The notes beneath the pieces were generated by a model that did no database searches, was not told the origin of the DNA, and worked only from the letters and a program-made list of their open reading frames with translations. Made by a program: the position numbers and the translations under genes. From the NCBI GenBank assembly GCA_046331565.1, contig JAXLQP010000001.1, positions 1,433,162 to 1,497,161 of the forward strand: 64,000 nucleotides of DNA. The letters run 5' to 3'. Source of the stretch: Blastocatellia bacterium (GTDB taxonomy: Bacteria; Acidobacteriota; Blastocatellia; RBC074). Of the stretch, positions 40,911-52,466 are shown one piece after another; the first letter of the stretch is position 1; each line of letters begins with the position of its first letter.

Positions 40911-41006
40911 GCCGGGACAGTACCGGGAGCGTCAGCGACCGGATTCCTGCGGAGCAGTCACCTGACAAGTCACCCGGTCGCTGACGCTCCCGGTACTGTC
41001 CCGGCG
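40911..41006. repeat. Palindromic repeat, family B, copy 2
   Basis: GCCGGGACAGTACCGGGAGCGTCAGCGACCGG … CCGGTCGCTGACGCTCCCGGTACTGTCCCGGC. Confidence 0.75.
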
Positions 41007-41022
41007 TCACAAGGAGGCACAA

Positions 41023-42018
41023 GTGCTGAAGAACATCCGTCAGATCCGGCTGTTGCTGCTGTCTGTCGCTGTTGTCTGCTTCGGTTTTACTGCTGTGGCA
41101 AAAGTCGAAATGAAAACCGTTGAATACAAGGGCTGGAAGAACAATCTGCAACTGTCAAACGGCACAGTTGAACTCATCATCACGCTCGATGTCGGGCCGC
41201 GCATCATTCGTTACGGTTACATCGGCGGGCCGAATATCTTCAAGGAATTTACCGATCAGATCGGCAAGTCGGGCGAAAAGGAATGGCAGATTCGCGGCGG
41301 CCATCGTTTGTGGCACGCGCCCGAAGACCTCAAACGCACCTACGAACTCGACAACTCACCGATCAGATTTGAAAAGCTCAGTGACAACAGCGTGCGCCTG
41401 ATTCAGTCTGTCGAACCAAACACCGGCCTGCAAAAAGAGATTGATGTCACGCTCGATGCTGGCAGCACAAAGGTCACTCTCGTTCACCGGCTGCGCAATC
41501 ACGGCATGTGGGAAGTCGAACTTGCGCCCTGGGCATTGACGGTGCTGGCGCAGGGCGGCACTGAAATCATTCCGCTGCCGCCGAAAACGCCACATCCGCA
41601 GGGACTGCTGCCCAATCAGCAGATGATCGTCTGGCCTTACACCGATCTCGCTGACACGCGCTGGCGCTGGGGCACGAAATACATCACGCTCACGCAGGAC
41701 AACGCCAAAGGCCCGACCAAAATCGGCCTCGCGCACAAACTCGGCTGGCTTGGTTATCTGAACGGAGGCAATCTGTTCGTCAAACAGATCGAATACAGGG
41801 AAGGTCAGCCTTACGCTGATAACGGGTGCAACTTCGAGACTTTCACGAATCAGGAATTTCTCGAACTCGAATCGCTCGGCCCGCTTCAGAAGATCGCGCC
41901 GGGCCGCAGTATCGAACACACCGAACACTGGTGGTTATTCGGAAACGTTCCGAATGACACTTCTGACACAGGCATCGAAAAGAACGTCAGACCGCTGATT
42001 GAACCGCTGCTCAGATAA
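41023..42018 (+). CDS. Secreted hypothetical protein
   Basis: Signal peptide MLKNIRQIRLLLLSVAVVCFGFTAVA; no confident family. Confidence 0.5.
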   Translation: MLKNIRQIRLLLLSVAVVCFGFTAVAKVEMKTVEYKGWKNNLQLSNGTVELIITLDVGPRIIRYGYIGGPNIFKEFTDQIGKSGEKEWQIRGGHRLWHAPEDLKRTYELDNSPIRFEKLSDNSVRLIQSVEPNTGLQKEIDVTLDAGSTKVTLVHRLRNHGMWEVELAPWALTVLAQGGTEIIPLPPKTPHPQGLLPNQQMIVWPYTDLADTRWRWGTKYITLTQDNAKGPTKIGLAHKLGWLGYLNGGNLFVKQIEYREGQPYADNGCNFETFTNQEFLELESLGPLQKIAPGRSIEHTEHWWLFGNVPNDTSDTGIEKNVRPLIEPLLR

Positions 42019-42066
42019 CAGCAATGCAGGCTCACTGAATCAGGCCGTCATAAAGATAACCAGCGA

Positions 42067-42152
42067 CACCCCCGTAGTAACGAATTTATTCGTTTTGTTC
42101 TGGATCAGCATAAACTCAGAATCAACGGATAAATTCGTTACTACGGGGGTGG
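42067..42152. repeat. Palindromic repeat, family A, copy 3 (convergent-gene terminator position)
   Basis: CACCCCCGTAGTAACGAATTTATTCGTT … AACGGATAAATTCGTTACTACGGGGGTGG. Confidence 0.8.
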
Positions 42153-42202
42153 TTCGAGTTTCTTTCAGGATGTCGGCAGCGTTGAGTTGAAACCCTGCTT
42201 AT

Positions 42203-43198
42203 TCATCTGATGGCCGGAATCACCTCGCGGCCATAAACATCAACCGTCTGCTCTTCATCGCCGCACATCAGGTAAATATTGAACTGCGTCACGCCGACTG
42301 ACCGCAATTCCTCAAGGCGGCGCACCTGCTCAGACACCGGGCCGACCAGACAGAAACGATCAACCACGTCATCAGTCACAAAGTCGGCATTGCTGCTGCC
42401 GACTTCAGCGTGATGCAGATAGTTGTAGCCCTGGCGGTCACGAATGTATCCGGTCAGTTCCGGCGGCAGTTCTTCGGGTTTGTAGCGCGACACCAGATCA
42501 GCCACGTGATTTGACACGAGCGCCGGAAACCAGCGCACCCGGTCGCGCGCCTCAGCCAGATCGTCAGACACCCACACCGGAGCCGCGCTCATCACTCTGA
42601 TTTTGCTGAAATCGCGCCCGGCTTCCGCTGCGCCCTCCCGCACAAAACCGAGACACCACTTGATCAGGTGCGGATCGGCAAATTGCAGAATCACGCCGTC
42701 AGCAATGCGTCCGGCGCAGCGCAACGCTTTCGGGCCGTAACCGGCCACCCAGACCGGCGGCACTCCGGCCTCGGCCCACGTCATCTGAATCGGCTGATCT
42801 TCATAAACAATCTGATGCCCGCTGCACAGTTCGCGCACCACGCTGACAGCCTCTTCAAGGTTCGCTAGGGTCGTCGGCTTCCTGCCCATCACGCGCCGCG
42901 AACTGTCACCGCGCCCGATGCCCAGATCCATCCGCCCGCCCGAAATGCGATTGAGCGTCGCCAGCAGGCTCGCCGTCACCGTCGGGTCGCGCACGACCGG
43001 ATTGGTCACACACGTTCCCATCCGCATGTTTTTTGTATTCACCGCCATCAGTGTCAGCAGCGGGTAAGGCTCCTGCCACAGCACGTGCGAATCGAAAATC
43101 CAGCCGTAACCGAATCCGGCAGCCTCAGCCTGACGCGTCAGACTGACAATGCGCTCAGGCGTCATATCGGGTTTGAAGGTGATGCCAAACTCAAGCAT
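42203..43198 (-). CDS. LLM class flavin-dependent oxidoreductase (luciferase-like monooxygenase family)
   Basis: TIM-barrel LLM motifs (MLEFGITFKP…, GRMDLGIGRGD); 331 aa. Confidence 0.75.
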   Translation of the reverse strand: MLEFGITFKPDMTPERIVSLTRQAEAAGFGYGWIFDSHVLWQEPYPLLTLMAVNTKNMRMGTCVTNPVVRDPTVTASLLATLNRISGGRMDLGIGRGDSSRRVMGRKPTTLANLEEAVSVVRELCSGHQIVYEDQPIQMTWAEAGVPPVWVAGYGPKALRCAGRIADGVILQFADPHLIKWCLGFVREGAAEAGRDFSKIRVMSAAPVWVSDDLAEARDRVRWFPALVSNHVADLVSRYKPEELPPELTGYIRDRQGYNYLHHAEVGSSNADFVTDDVVDRFCLVGPVSEQVRRLEELRSVGVTQFNIYLMCGDEEQTVDVYGREVIPAIR

Positions 43199-43222
43199 GA
43201 ATCAGCGCCTCCTGAAAAAATC

Positions 43223-43361
43223 ATCCACGAAGCCACACGAAGAATTTTCCAGACAGGATTGACAGGATAAACAGGATGATGCTGATAAAACCTGTCTGAT
43301 CCTGATCATCCTGTCAATCCTGTCAAAATATCTTTGCGCCTCTTCGTGCAGCTTCGTGGAT
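43223..43361. repeat. Hairpin element related to family D (CACGAAG…GACAGG motifs), copy 3
   Basis: ATCCACGAAGCCACACGAAGAATTTTCCAGACAGGATTGACAGGAT… pairs with …ATCCTGTCAATCCTGTC…CTCTTCGTGCAGCTTCGTGGAT. Confidence 0.6.
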
Positions 43362-43374
43362 CAGTTTCTGATCG

Positions 43375-44244
43375 TTATTCTTTGACCAGCGCACCGTAAG
43401 TTTCCGGTCTGCGGTCACGGAAGAACTGCCACGTATTGCGCACTTCGCGGATCAGATCAAGATTCAGATCGGCCAGGATCACGGCATCTTCATCGCGCGG
43501 AGCCTGTGCGATGATCTGGCCGCGCGGGTCGCAGAAATAGCTCTGCCCGTAAAATTCACCGATATTCCACGGCGCTTCGTAACCGACGCGGTTAATGGCC
43601 CCGACGAAATAGCCATTGGCGACGGCGTGCGCGGGCTGCTCCAGCTTCCATAAATATTCAGAGAGTCCGGCGACGGTGGCTGATGGATTGAAAACAATCT
43701 CAGCGCCGTTCAGACCGAGCGCCCGCGCGCCTTCGGGAAAGTGCCGGTCGTAGCAGATGTAAACGCCGATCCGCGCAAACGCCGTGTCAAAGCACGGGTA
43801 GCCCAGATTGCCAGGCTTGAAATAGAACTTCTCCCAGAAACCGGGCGCGACGTGCGGAATGTGATTCTTGCGATACTTGCCCAGGTATTTGCCATCGGCG
43901 TCAATCACGGCGGCGGTGTTGTAATAAATCCCGGTTATTTCTTCCTCGTAAACCGGAACGATCAGCACCATGCCGTGATCGCGGGCGACTTCCTGCATCA
44001 GTCTGACGGTCGGGCCGTCGGGAACCTTTTCGACCGCCTCGTACCAGCGCGTCTGCTGTTCGGCGCAGAAATACGGCGTCGTGAAGACTTCCTGCATGCA
44101 GAGAATCTTTGCGCCTTCTCTGGCGGCAGCTTCGATCAGGTTGAGGTGTCTTTCAATGTTGATGCGTTTGATGTCTTCAATCGCGGCATCAGTCGGAGCC
44201 GCGTTTTTGGCCTGAATCAGGCCGCATTTGACAGTTTGTGCCAT
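43375..44244 (-). CDS. Carbon-nitrogen hydrolase family protein (beta-ureidopropionase / N-carbamoyl-amine amidase-like)
   Basis: Nitrilase-superfamily E-K-C triad context (…MQEVF…, …YRKNH…, GVYICYDRHFPE). Confidence 0.8.
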   Translation of the reverse strand: MAQTVKCGLIQAKNAAPTDAAIEDIKRINIERHLNLIEAAAREGAKILCMQEVFTTPYFCAEQQTRWYEAVEKVPDGPTVRLMQEVARDHGMVLIVPVYEEEITGIYYNTAAVIDADGKYLGKYRKNHIPHVAPGFWEKFYFKPGNLGYPCFDTAFARIGVYICYDRHFPEGARALGLNGAEIVFNPSATVAGLSEYLWKLEQPAHAVANGYFVGAINRVGYEAPWNIGEFYGQSYFCDPRGQIIAQAPRDEDAVILADLNLDLIREVRNTWQFFRDRRPETYGALVKE

Positions 44245-44268
44245 TGACCGTTCTCCTCTGAAAGATGG

Positions 44269-45792
<1,524 letters not shown>

Positions 45793-45843
45793 AAGGAAGC
45801 TGAACTCCTGAATTGTGCGACTGCGACAAAATGCAGGTGAGAT

Positions 45844-46233
45844 TCAAGCGGGCTGCACCAGATCCCACTTGTTGCCGTAAAGGTCGAGGAACACCACCAC
45901 CCGCCCATAAGGTTCATCGCGCGGCTGTTCGATAAACCTGACGCCGCGTGACCGCATCTGCTGGTAATCGTTCTCAAAATCGTCAGTGTGCAGGAACAGA
46001 AAGACGCGCCCGCCGGTCTGATTGCCCACTGCCGCAAGCTGCTCAGGCGTCACGGCCTTCGCCAGCAGCAGCGCCATTCCGGCTGACTCTGCCGGAGCCA
46101 TCCGCACCCATCGCTTGCCGCCACCGAGCGGCGTGTCTTCGAGCAGCGTGAAGCGCAGGGCGTCCGTGAAAAAGGCGATGGCCTCATCGTAATCACGAAC
46201 AACCAGGGTGAGTGATGCAATCGAACGATTCAA
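45844..46233 (-). CDS. VOC family protein (glyoxalase/bleomycin-resistance fold)
   Basis: 129 aa, paired beta-alpha-beta-beta-beta modules (…LVVRDYDEAIAFF…, …FLDLYGNKWDLV). Confidence 0.6.
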   Translation of the reverse strand: MNRSIASLTLVVRDYDEAIAFFTDALRFTLLEDTPLGGGKRWVRMAPAESAGMALLLAKAVTPEQLAAVGNQTGGRVFLFLHTDDFENDYQQMRSRGVRFIEQPRDEPYGRVVVFLDLYGNKWDLVQPA

Positions 46234-46434
46234 TCTTCCCTTTGCTGACTAATGATTTCAGATGTTCTGAGTTTTACCGGCGAACGGGCCGGAGTATATT
46301 CCCGCCCCGCAGCCATTGCAATTATCTCAATCTGAAGACCCGCCCGGCACTGCATTTGACCACACTGAGATAAATGATTACCCTGTGATTTACTGCGATC
46401 ATCAATTCTGAAACCCCTTTTAATTTCTGCCTGA

Positions 46435-47586
46435 ATGGCTGGCGCAATCAGACGAGCGATCATCATTGGCGGCGGTATTGGCGGGCTGTGTACAGCGATT
46501 GCGCTGCACCGGGCCGGAATTGAAGCCGTCCTGTATGAACGCGCCGCTGAATTTGGCGAAGTGGGCGCGGGCCTGACGCTGTGGGCCAACGCGATTCGCG
46601 GCCTGCGTGCGCTCGGCCTGGCTGACGCGGTGCTGGCGAGCGGGTCGAAGGTGCAGCGGGCTTCGATCCTGGACAGTCGCGGACGAGTGCTGAGCCGCAC
46701 GCGAACCGATGAGTTTGAACAGCTCTTTGGCGATCCGACAATTGCCATTCATCGCGCCAGGCTGCATCAGATTCTGCTGGCGGCGCTGCCTGTTGAAGTG
46801 GTGCGAACCGGCGAAAGCTGCACCGGCTTTGAGCAGGACGGCGTCAGCGTGACGGCGCGATTTCAGGGCGGGCTGACCGAACGCGCCGACCTGCTGATTG
46901 GCGCTGACGGCATTCATTCGGCCATTCGTCGGCAGTTGTTTCCTGAGGTCAGGCTGCGCTATTCAGGCTACACGGCCTGGCGCGGCGTGGTGACGACTGC
47001 CGATCAGACCGCGCTCGGCGCAACGTCTGAATCGTGGGGCTGCGGGTCGCGCTTTGGCATTGTGCCGATCAGCGAGCATGAGGTTTACTGGTTCGCCACC
47101 GACAACGCGCCTGAAGGGATGAAACTGCGCTCAGTTGTGCAGAAGGCTTCGCTGCTTGAACGCTTTCGCGGCTGGCATCAGCCGGTTGAAAAGCTGCTCA
47201 GTGAAACGCCGTCCGAAGCGATTCTGCACAACGATATTTATGATGTTGTGCCGATGGCGAAATGGTCACGCGGGCGCGTCACGCTGCTCGGTGATGCGGC
47301 GCATCCGACGACGCCGAATCTGGGTCAGGGCGCGTGCCAGGCCATTGAAAGCAGCGTCACACTGGCCCGCTGTCTGAGCGGGGCCGCGACCGTTGCCGAA
47401 GCATTGCAACGCTACGAAAGCGAACGCCGCCCGCGCACCGCCTGGATTACCGAACAATCGTGGAAGTTCGGACGGATGGCGCAACAGGATAATCGCCTGG
47501 CCTGTGCGCTGCGCAATCTGATCGTCAGGTTCACGCCTGAAAGCGTAACGCGCAAAGTCATCATTCAGGCGGTGGGAACTCAATGA
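46435..47586 (+). CDS. FAD-dependent monooxygenase (salicylate hydroxylase / UbiH-like)
   Basis: GGGIGGL dinucleotide motif, DG (GADGIHS) motif, C-terminal GDAAHP motif. Confidence 0.85.
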   Translation: MAGAIRRAIIIGGGIGGLCTAIALHRAGIEAVLYERAAEFGEVGAGLTLWANAIRGLRALGLADAVLASGSKVQRASILDSRGRVLSRTRTDEFEQLFGDPTIAIHRARLHQILLAALPVEVVRTGESCTGFEQDGVSVTARFQGGLTERADLLIGADGIHSAIRRQLFPEVRLRYSGYTAWRGVVTTADQTALGATSESWGCGSRFGIVPISEHEVYWFATDNAPEGMKLRSVVQKASLLERFRGWHQPVEKLLSETPSEAILHNDIYDVVPMAKWSRGRVTLLGDAAHPTTPNLGQGACQAIESSVTLARCLSGAATVAEALQRYESERRPRTAWITEQSWKFGRMAQQDNRLACALRNLIVRFTPESVTRKVIIQAVGTQ

Positions 47587-48392
47587 CCAGTTTTTATCAA
47601 ACCATCACAGAGCATCGTGACCGCCTGTTTCTGCTGGCCGGGCCGTGCGTCATCGAATCAGAAGCGCACGCGCTGAAAATGGCGGCGGCCATTGCACAGA
47701 TCGCGCGCAAGGCCGGGCTGCCTTATGCGTTCAAGGCGTCGTATGACAAGGCCAACCGTTCCGGTGCAAAATCATTTCGCGGCCTGGGGATGGATGAAGG
47801 CCTGCGCGTGCTGGAAAAAGTCCGGCGCGAAACCGGCGTGCCCGTGCTGACCGACGTTCACGAAACCACGCAGGTTCCGGCTGTGGCTGAAGTCGTGGAC
47901 TTGTTGCAGATTCCCGCGTTCCTGTGCCGACAGACCGACCTGCTTAAAGCCGCTGCCGAAAGCGGACGTATCGTGAATGTCAAAAAGGGTCAGTTTCTCG
48001 CGCCCTGGGAAGCCCGCAACATTGTCGAAAAAGTGCGCAGCTTTGGCGGCGGTGAAATGATGCTGACTGAACGCGGCAGCAGTTTTGGTTACAACAATCT
48101 GGTGGTTGATATGCGCTCGTTTCCGATTATGCGCAGTTTCGGCGTGCCGGTGGTTTACGATGCCACGCACAGCCTGCAACTGCCGGGCGGCCTGGGCGAT
48201 GCGACCGGCGGAATGGCCGAATACATCCCGCATCTGGCCCGCGCTGCCGTCGCCTGTGGAATTGACGGCCTGTTTATGGAAGTCCACGACAATCCGGCCC
48301 AGGCGCTGAGCGACGCAACGACACAGTTTCCGCTCGACAAACTGGAATCGCTGCTGATGACGCTGCTCAGAATCCAGGAAGCCGCGCGGTAA
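47583..48392 (+). CDS. kdsA: 3-deoxy-8-phosphooctulonate synthase
   Basis: 269 aa; KDO8PS motifs (LAGPCVIES, …[10 protein letters not shown]…, …DVHE…, …ERG…); start overlaps the stop of the upstream gene by 4 nt. Confidence 0.9.
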   Translation: MTSFYQTITEHRDRLFLLAGPCVIESEAHALKMAAAIAQIARKAGLPYAFKASYDKANRSGAKSFRGLGMDEGLRVLEKVRRETGVPVLTDVHETTQVPAVAEVVDLLQIPAFLCRQTDLLKAAAESGRIVNVKKGQFLAPWEARNIVEKVRSFGGGEMMLTERGSSFGYNNLVVDMRSFPIMRSFGVPVVYDATHSLQLPGGLGDATGGMAEYIPHLARAAVACGIDGLFMEVHDNPAQALSDATTQFPLDKLESLLMTLLRIQEAAR

Positions 48393-48437
48393 ACCGATTT
48401 GTCAACAAATGCTCCTGCGCCTTTACAAAACACTGCA

Positions 48438-50930
48438 ATGAACAAAGTATTTCTGATTATCACTGCCCTTCTGCTGTTCAGTTCCTTCGCCTTCGCCCAG
48501 GAATTTGAGGTCAAAAAATATGATGTCGCGGCGCGCGTTGATCTCGAAAACCACACGCTCGAATCAAAGGCGAAGCTGGATCTCATCAATCTTTCCGGGC
48601 CTGAACTGGCCGACAAAATTCTGCTGGCCGGGCCGGATGGCAAGCCGAAGCTTTCGTTTCAACTCAACGGCAGGGCCAAAGTGTCGGCGATGACGATCAA
48701 CGGCAGTCCGGTCACTTTCACGGCAAAGGAAGATTCATCGCGCACCGGGGCCGGGTTGCAGAATGTCTCGACCGAAATCAATTCAGCCATCGCCGCGATG
48801 CGCGAACTCGAAGTTGAATTCACCTACGCGATTCCGATGTTTGACAAGGCTGCCGGGCAAAGCAGCGATTCGGCGCGCAGCGGGTTGCTGATTTCATCGC
48901 TTGAATGCTTCGCGCTGCCGACCGCGTTCTGGGTGCCGGTCAAACATTCACCGTATGGCGATCACGGGCCTGACACTGCGCCGTTTACGTTGAATGTCAC
49001 TGCGCCTGCGGGTCTGAAAGTCGTGACTTCCGGCGTGCGCAAATCCGACAGCGCCTTCGATCAGACCTATGCCGCGCAGCCGTTCTTTATGGCGGGCGAT
49101 TACGAAATCTTCAGCGCGGGCGGCAGCCAGACCGCCGGGCTGCCTTCGGCTCCGAAAGTTGAAGTGTATGCGCCGCGCGGCCTCGATGAGGCCGGACGGC
49201 AGCAGGCGCAGCGCATCGCCACCGAAGCGGCGCGGATGATTGATTTTTACACGAAGTATTTTGGCGGCCTGGTGGGCGGCACCTTTCGCATCGTGTCATC
49301 GAATGTGCGCGAACGCGATACGGCCATCACGGGCGAACTGGTTTCGCACGGGCTGAGCTTTGCCGCGCCCGGCGTGGTCGCCATTCCTGACAGCCTCTTT
49401 CATCGTCAGATTCTCGACCTCGGCACGATTGAACTGCTCGCCAGCGCAGCGGCGCGGCAATGGATTGACGGGCGCGTGCTGCTGCGCGGGCGCGGCACCG
49501 GCGTGCTGCGCGACGCGCTGCCGATTTACCTGACGGCGCAATACCTCGGCGAAAGGTTCGGCGACAAGCAGCGCGAAGCCGCCTTTGAACGCTATCGCCG
49601 CGCTTATGCTCCGGTGGCGCGTGGCGGCGATGCTCCGCTGCTGCTGCAAAGCCAGCTTGATCGCGGCTACACGACCAGCGTTTACAACAAGGGCGCGCTG
49701 GTCTGGCGCATCTTTGAAAAGGCGCTCGGCAGACAGGCGCTTGATGCCGTGATTACTCGTTCGCTTGATCGTCAGCGCACTGATGTGCTGGTGCTGACCG
49801 ACTGGCGTTCGCCATTGTGCGGCGCGGCGCGCTGCGCCAGTCTGAAAGGCAATCTCGCCGGAGCCGCCACGCCGCAGATGCGCCAGGCGGTCACTGATCT
49901 TTTTGCGCAATGGATTGAAAACGTCGTGCTGCCCGACATTGCCGTTGGCCAGCCCACCAGCACCGCCAGCGGAGTTGAATCAACCATCACCAATTTCGGC
50001 AACGGCGATTTCCCCGTTGAAGTCGTGGCGACAACCGACAAAGGCGAAAAGCTGCGCCGGACAGTGATGGTCAAGGCCGGAGAATTCGGTTCGATCACTT
50101 TTCCTGCCGGAACGCAGATCAAAACCATCGAAGCCGACCCTGAGCGCGTTTACATTCAGAAGGATTACACGAACGATGAATTCCCGCGCCATTCAGCGAG
50201 CGCCGATCTGTACGGCCAGGCGGCGCTGGCGCTGAGCAAGGCCACGCAAACCGGAGCCGACGCCCGAACGCGCCAGACTGAAATTGCGACGGCTGAAGCG
50301 AAAGTGCGCGAAGCTCTGGCGGACGACCCCGATTCACCGACGCTGCTGGCATTGCAGGGCCGCGTGCTGCTCGCGGCTGGCAAAAACGACGAAGCCAGTC
50401 GCGCCTTCAATGCCGTTTTGAAAGCCGAACCGCTGCCGATCCAGGCCTACGGATTCGCGCTGCTCGGCCTGGGCGAACTGGCGATGCAGCAGAACAATGC
50501 CGCCGAAGCCGCCCGCCGCTTCCGCGAAGCCGCCGCCACCGATCTTGACCAGGCCACGATTGATGCTGCCCGCGACGGCGCACTGCGCGCTGAACGCGCG
50601 GCAGGCGTAATCAAAATTCCTGAAGACATCAAAGGCTTCCTGCAAAAATTCGACACTGCCGTTTTGCAGGGTTCAGACGAATCAATTTCAACGCTGCTCG
50701 AACAGGGCACGCTGCGCAAATTCGGCAAGTCGCTGCTCGGCACCAAACCAGCGGTCTGGGTTACAGAACCGCTGCGCGCTGAAACGCTCGATGCCAACCG
50801 CGTCGCCGTTGATGTGGCGCTGAAAGTCAAACTGCTCGGCAAGGATTACTCAGGCCGCGCGCTTTACATCATCAGCCGCAACGGCGGCAGACTGCTGCTG
50901 AGCGAGGTTCCGGTTTTCGATGTGAAGTGA
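48438..50930 (+). CDS. Large secreted hypothetical protein with C-terminal TPR-like repeats
   Basis: Signal peptide MNKVFLIITALLLFSSFAFA; 830 aa; TPR-like helical repeats near residues 640-720. Confidence 0.5.
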   Translation: MNKVFLIITALLLFSSFAFAQEFEVKKYDVAARVDLENHTLESKAKLDLINLSGPELADKILLAGPDGKPKLSFQLNGRAKVSAMTINGSPVTFTAKEDSSRTGAGLQNVSTEINSAIAAMRELEVEFTYAIPMFDKAAGQSSDSARSGLLISSLECFALPTAFWVPVKHSPYGDHGPDTAPFTLNVTAPAGLKVVTSGVRKSDSAFDQTYAAQPFFMAGDYEIFSAGGSQTAGLPSAPKVEVYAPRGLDEAGRQQAQRIATEAARMIDFYTKYFGGLVGGTFRIVSSNVRERDTAITGELVSHGLSFAAPGVVAIPDSLFHRQILDLGTIELLASAAARQWIDGRVLLRGRGTGVLRDALPIYLTAQYLGERFGDKQREAAFERYRRAYAPVARGGDAPLLLQSQLDRGYTTSVYNKGALVWRIFEKALGRQALDAVITRSLDRQRTDVLVLTDWRSPLCGAARCASLKGNLAGAATPQMRQAVTDLFAQWIENVVLPDIAVGQPTSTASGVESTITNFGNGDFPVEVVATTDKGEKLRRTVMVKAGEFGSITFPAGTQIKTIEADPERVYIQKDYTNDEFPRHSASADLYGQAALALSKATQTGADARTRQTEIATAEAKVREALADDPDSPTLLALQGRVLLAAGKNDEASRAFNAVLKAEPLPIQAYGFALLGLGELAMQQNNAAEAARRFREAAATDLDQATIDAARDGALRAERAAGVIKIPEDIKGFLQKFDTAVLQGSDESISTLLEQGTLRKFGKSLLGTKPAVWVTEPLRAETLDANRVAVDVALKVKLLGKDYSGRALYIISRNGGRLLLSEVPVFDVK

Positions 50931-51514
50931 TGGAGAATCTTATGTCATTGCCAGCCAGAGTCATCAACCTTACTGTTGAAGAGTACCTTGAAATGGAAGC
51001 AGAAAGTCCGGTCAGGCATGAATATGTTGCCGGACAGACTTTTGCCATGGCCGGAGCCAGTGATGCACACAACATCATCGCCGGAAACATCTTTACGATC
51101 ATCCGTTCTGTCCTGCGCGGGAGCGGGTGCCGTGTCTGTCTCGCTGAGATGAAAGCCTGGGTTGAAGAGATCAACGCATTCTATTACCCGGATGTAATGG
51201 CGACCTGTGAACCATTCGATCCGAAGAGCGTATTCAAAAGTCGTCCTTTTCTGATAGTTGAAGTATTGTCGCCATCCACAATGAGCACAGACCGGCGCGA
51301 GAAACTTTCAGCTTATGGGCAACTGGACAGTGTGCGGGAATATGTGGTGGTTTATCAGGATCGCAGGCGTCTTGAAGTTCATCGCAAAGACACACAGGGC
51401 GTCTGGCTGACAGTTGTGCTGGGTGAAAACGATGAACTGCGACTGGATTCCCTGCCCACCGGCCCGTTGACAATGAAGATGGATGAAATTTACGAGGATG
51501 TCACATTTGTCTGA
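50930..51514 (+). CDS. Uma2 family (DUF820) endonuclease
   Basis: Signature …YVAGQ…, …PFLIVEVLSPST…D…KL.AYG…EYVVV…; start overlaps the upstream stop. Confidence 0.8.
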   Translation: MENLMSLPARVINLTVEEYLEMEAESPVRHEYVAGQTFAMAGASDAHNIIAGNIFTIIRSVLRGSGCRVCLAEMKAWVEEINAFYYPDVMATCEPFDPKSVFKSRPFLIVEVLSPSTMSTDRREKLSAYGQLDSVREYVVVYQDRRRLEVHRKDTQGVWLTVVLGENDELRLDSLPTGPLTMKMDEIYEDVTFV

Positions 51515-51531
51515 GAAAGGCTGTCAGCCCA

Positions 51532-52074
51532 ATGCCTGCTTTGACTGCTGCTGAACGCGCGCGCCGCATTCGCCTGCTGCTGCTTGACTGTGACGGAGTG
51601 CTGACCGACGGCACGCTGGTTTATCTGACCGACGGCGAGCGCGTCTTTTCTGATGCCAGAATCTTTCACATTCACGATGGCCACGCGCTGAAAATGGCGC
51701 GCCAGGCCGGACTCAGAACCGGCATCATCAGCGGTCGCACTTCAGCCGCGCTCGCCGCCCGCGCCCGCGAATTGCAGCTTGATTATCTTTACCAGGGCAA
51801 CGACCAGAAGCTCGCCGCGTATGAAGAAATTCGCGCCGCTGAAGGCCTGAGCGATGACGAAATTGCTTACATCGGCGATGACCTGCCCGACCTGCCGCTG
51901 CTTGGTCGCGCCGGACTGGCCATTGCCGTTGCCGATGCAGTCAGCGAAGTCCTCAGCGCCGCACATCTGATCACACAACGCTGCGGCGGGCGCGGCGCAG
52001 TGCGCGAGGCCGTTGAATTTATCCTGAAGGCGCAGGGCCGCCGGGACGAACTGCTGCGCCAGTTTCAGAGCTGA
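51532..52074 (+). CDS. kdsC: KdsC-like HAD-IIIA phosphatase (3-deoxy-D-manno-octulosonate 8-phosphate phosphatase family)
   Basis: LLLLDCDGVLTDG motif I, …ISGR… motif II, …YIGDDLPDL… motif III; 180 aa. Confidence 0.8.
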   Translation: MPALTAAERARRIRLLLLDCDGVLTDGTLVYLTDGERVFSDARIFHIHDGHALKMARQAGLRTGIISGRTSAALAARARELQLDYLYQGNDQKLAAYEEIRAAEGLSDDEIAYIGDDLPDLPLLGRAGLAIAVADAVSEVLSAAHLITQRCGGRGAVREAVEFILKAQGRRDELLRQFQS

Positions 52075-52097
52075 TCAGTCAGCGTGCGGCAACGAAT

Positions 52098-52180
52098 GAC
52101 GGTGTTTGGAGTTCCAGCTTTAGCTGGCTGTGGCTTGTTTCAGGCCAGACCAGCTAAAGCTGGAACTCCGAACACTGTCA
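52098..52180. terminator. Long imperfect palindrome downstream of kdsC
   Basis: TGACGGTGTTTGGAGTTCCAGCTTTAGCTGG … CCAGCTAAAGCTGGAACTCCGAACACTGTCA (G·U-compatible mismatches). Confidence 0.55.
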
Positions 52181-52229
52181 CTTCAGATGTTCGTGAAAAT
52201 TCGTGTTCATTCGCAGCTCAAACAAATGA

Positions 52230-52257
52230 TTGAAATCCGCTGAAGACCTTCTATAAT
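52230..52257 (+). promoter_or_regulatory. Sigma70-like promoter candidate (TTGAAA-16 nt-TATAAT) in an AT-rich gap upstream of the TIR gene
   Basis: Consensus-like -35/-10 with 16-nt spacer, inside the locally AT-rich 52200-52300 stretch; roughly 210 bp upstream of ATG 52467. Confidence 0.35.
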
Positions 52258-52466
52258 CCTGCCGACATAATTCATAACAACAAATTATTAACGACCAGAG
52301 CCACGTACCTGTATCTCCTGTCAGCCTGACGCCCCATTAACGGCTCGCACCTGATCAGCCTGATTTGCAGCATCCGGCAGGGCTTCGCGTTCTGATTTGC
52401 CTGATGCCGAAGCAGGCGGATTAAAGCGATGAGTCTTTCCGTCTGATCTTTCAGAGTGAGGCAGCT

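Noticed and set aside
42150-42160. GGTTCGA-containing stretch checked as a tRNA T-loop
   Set aside because: It lies inside a family A palindrome arm, and no acceptor or anticodon stem context is present. I could not identify any tRNA or rRNA gene in the window by eye.
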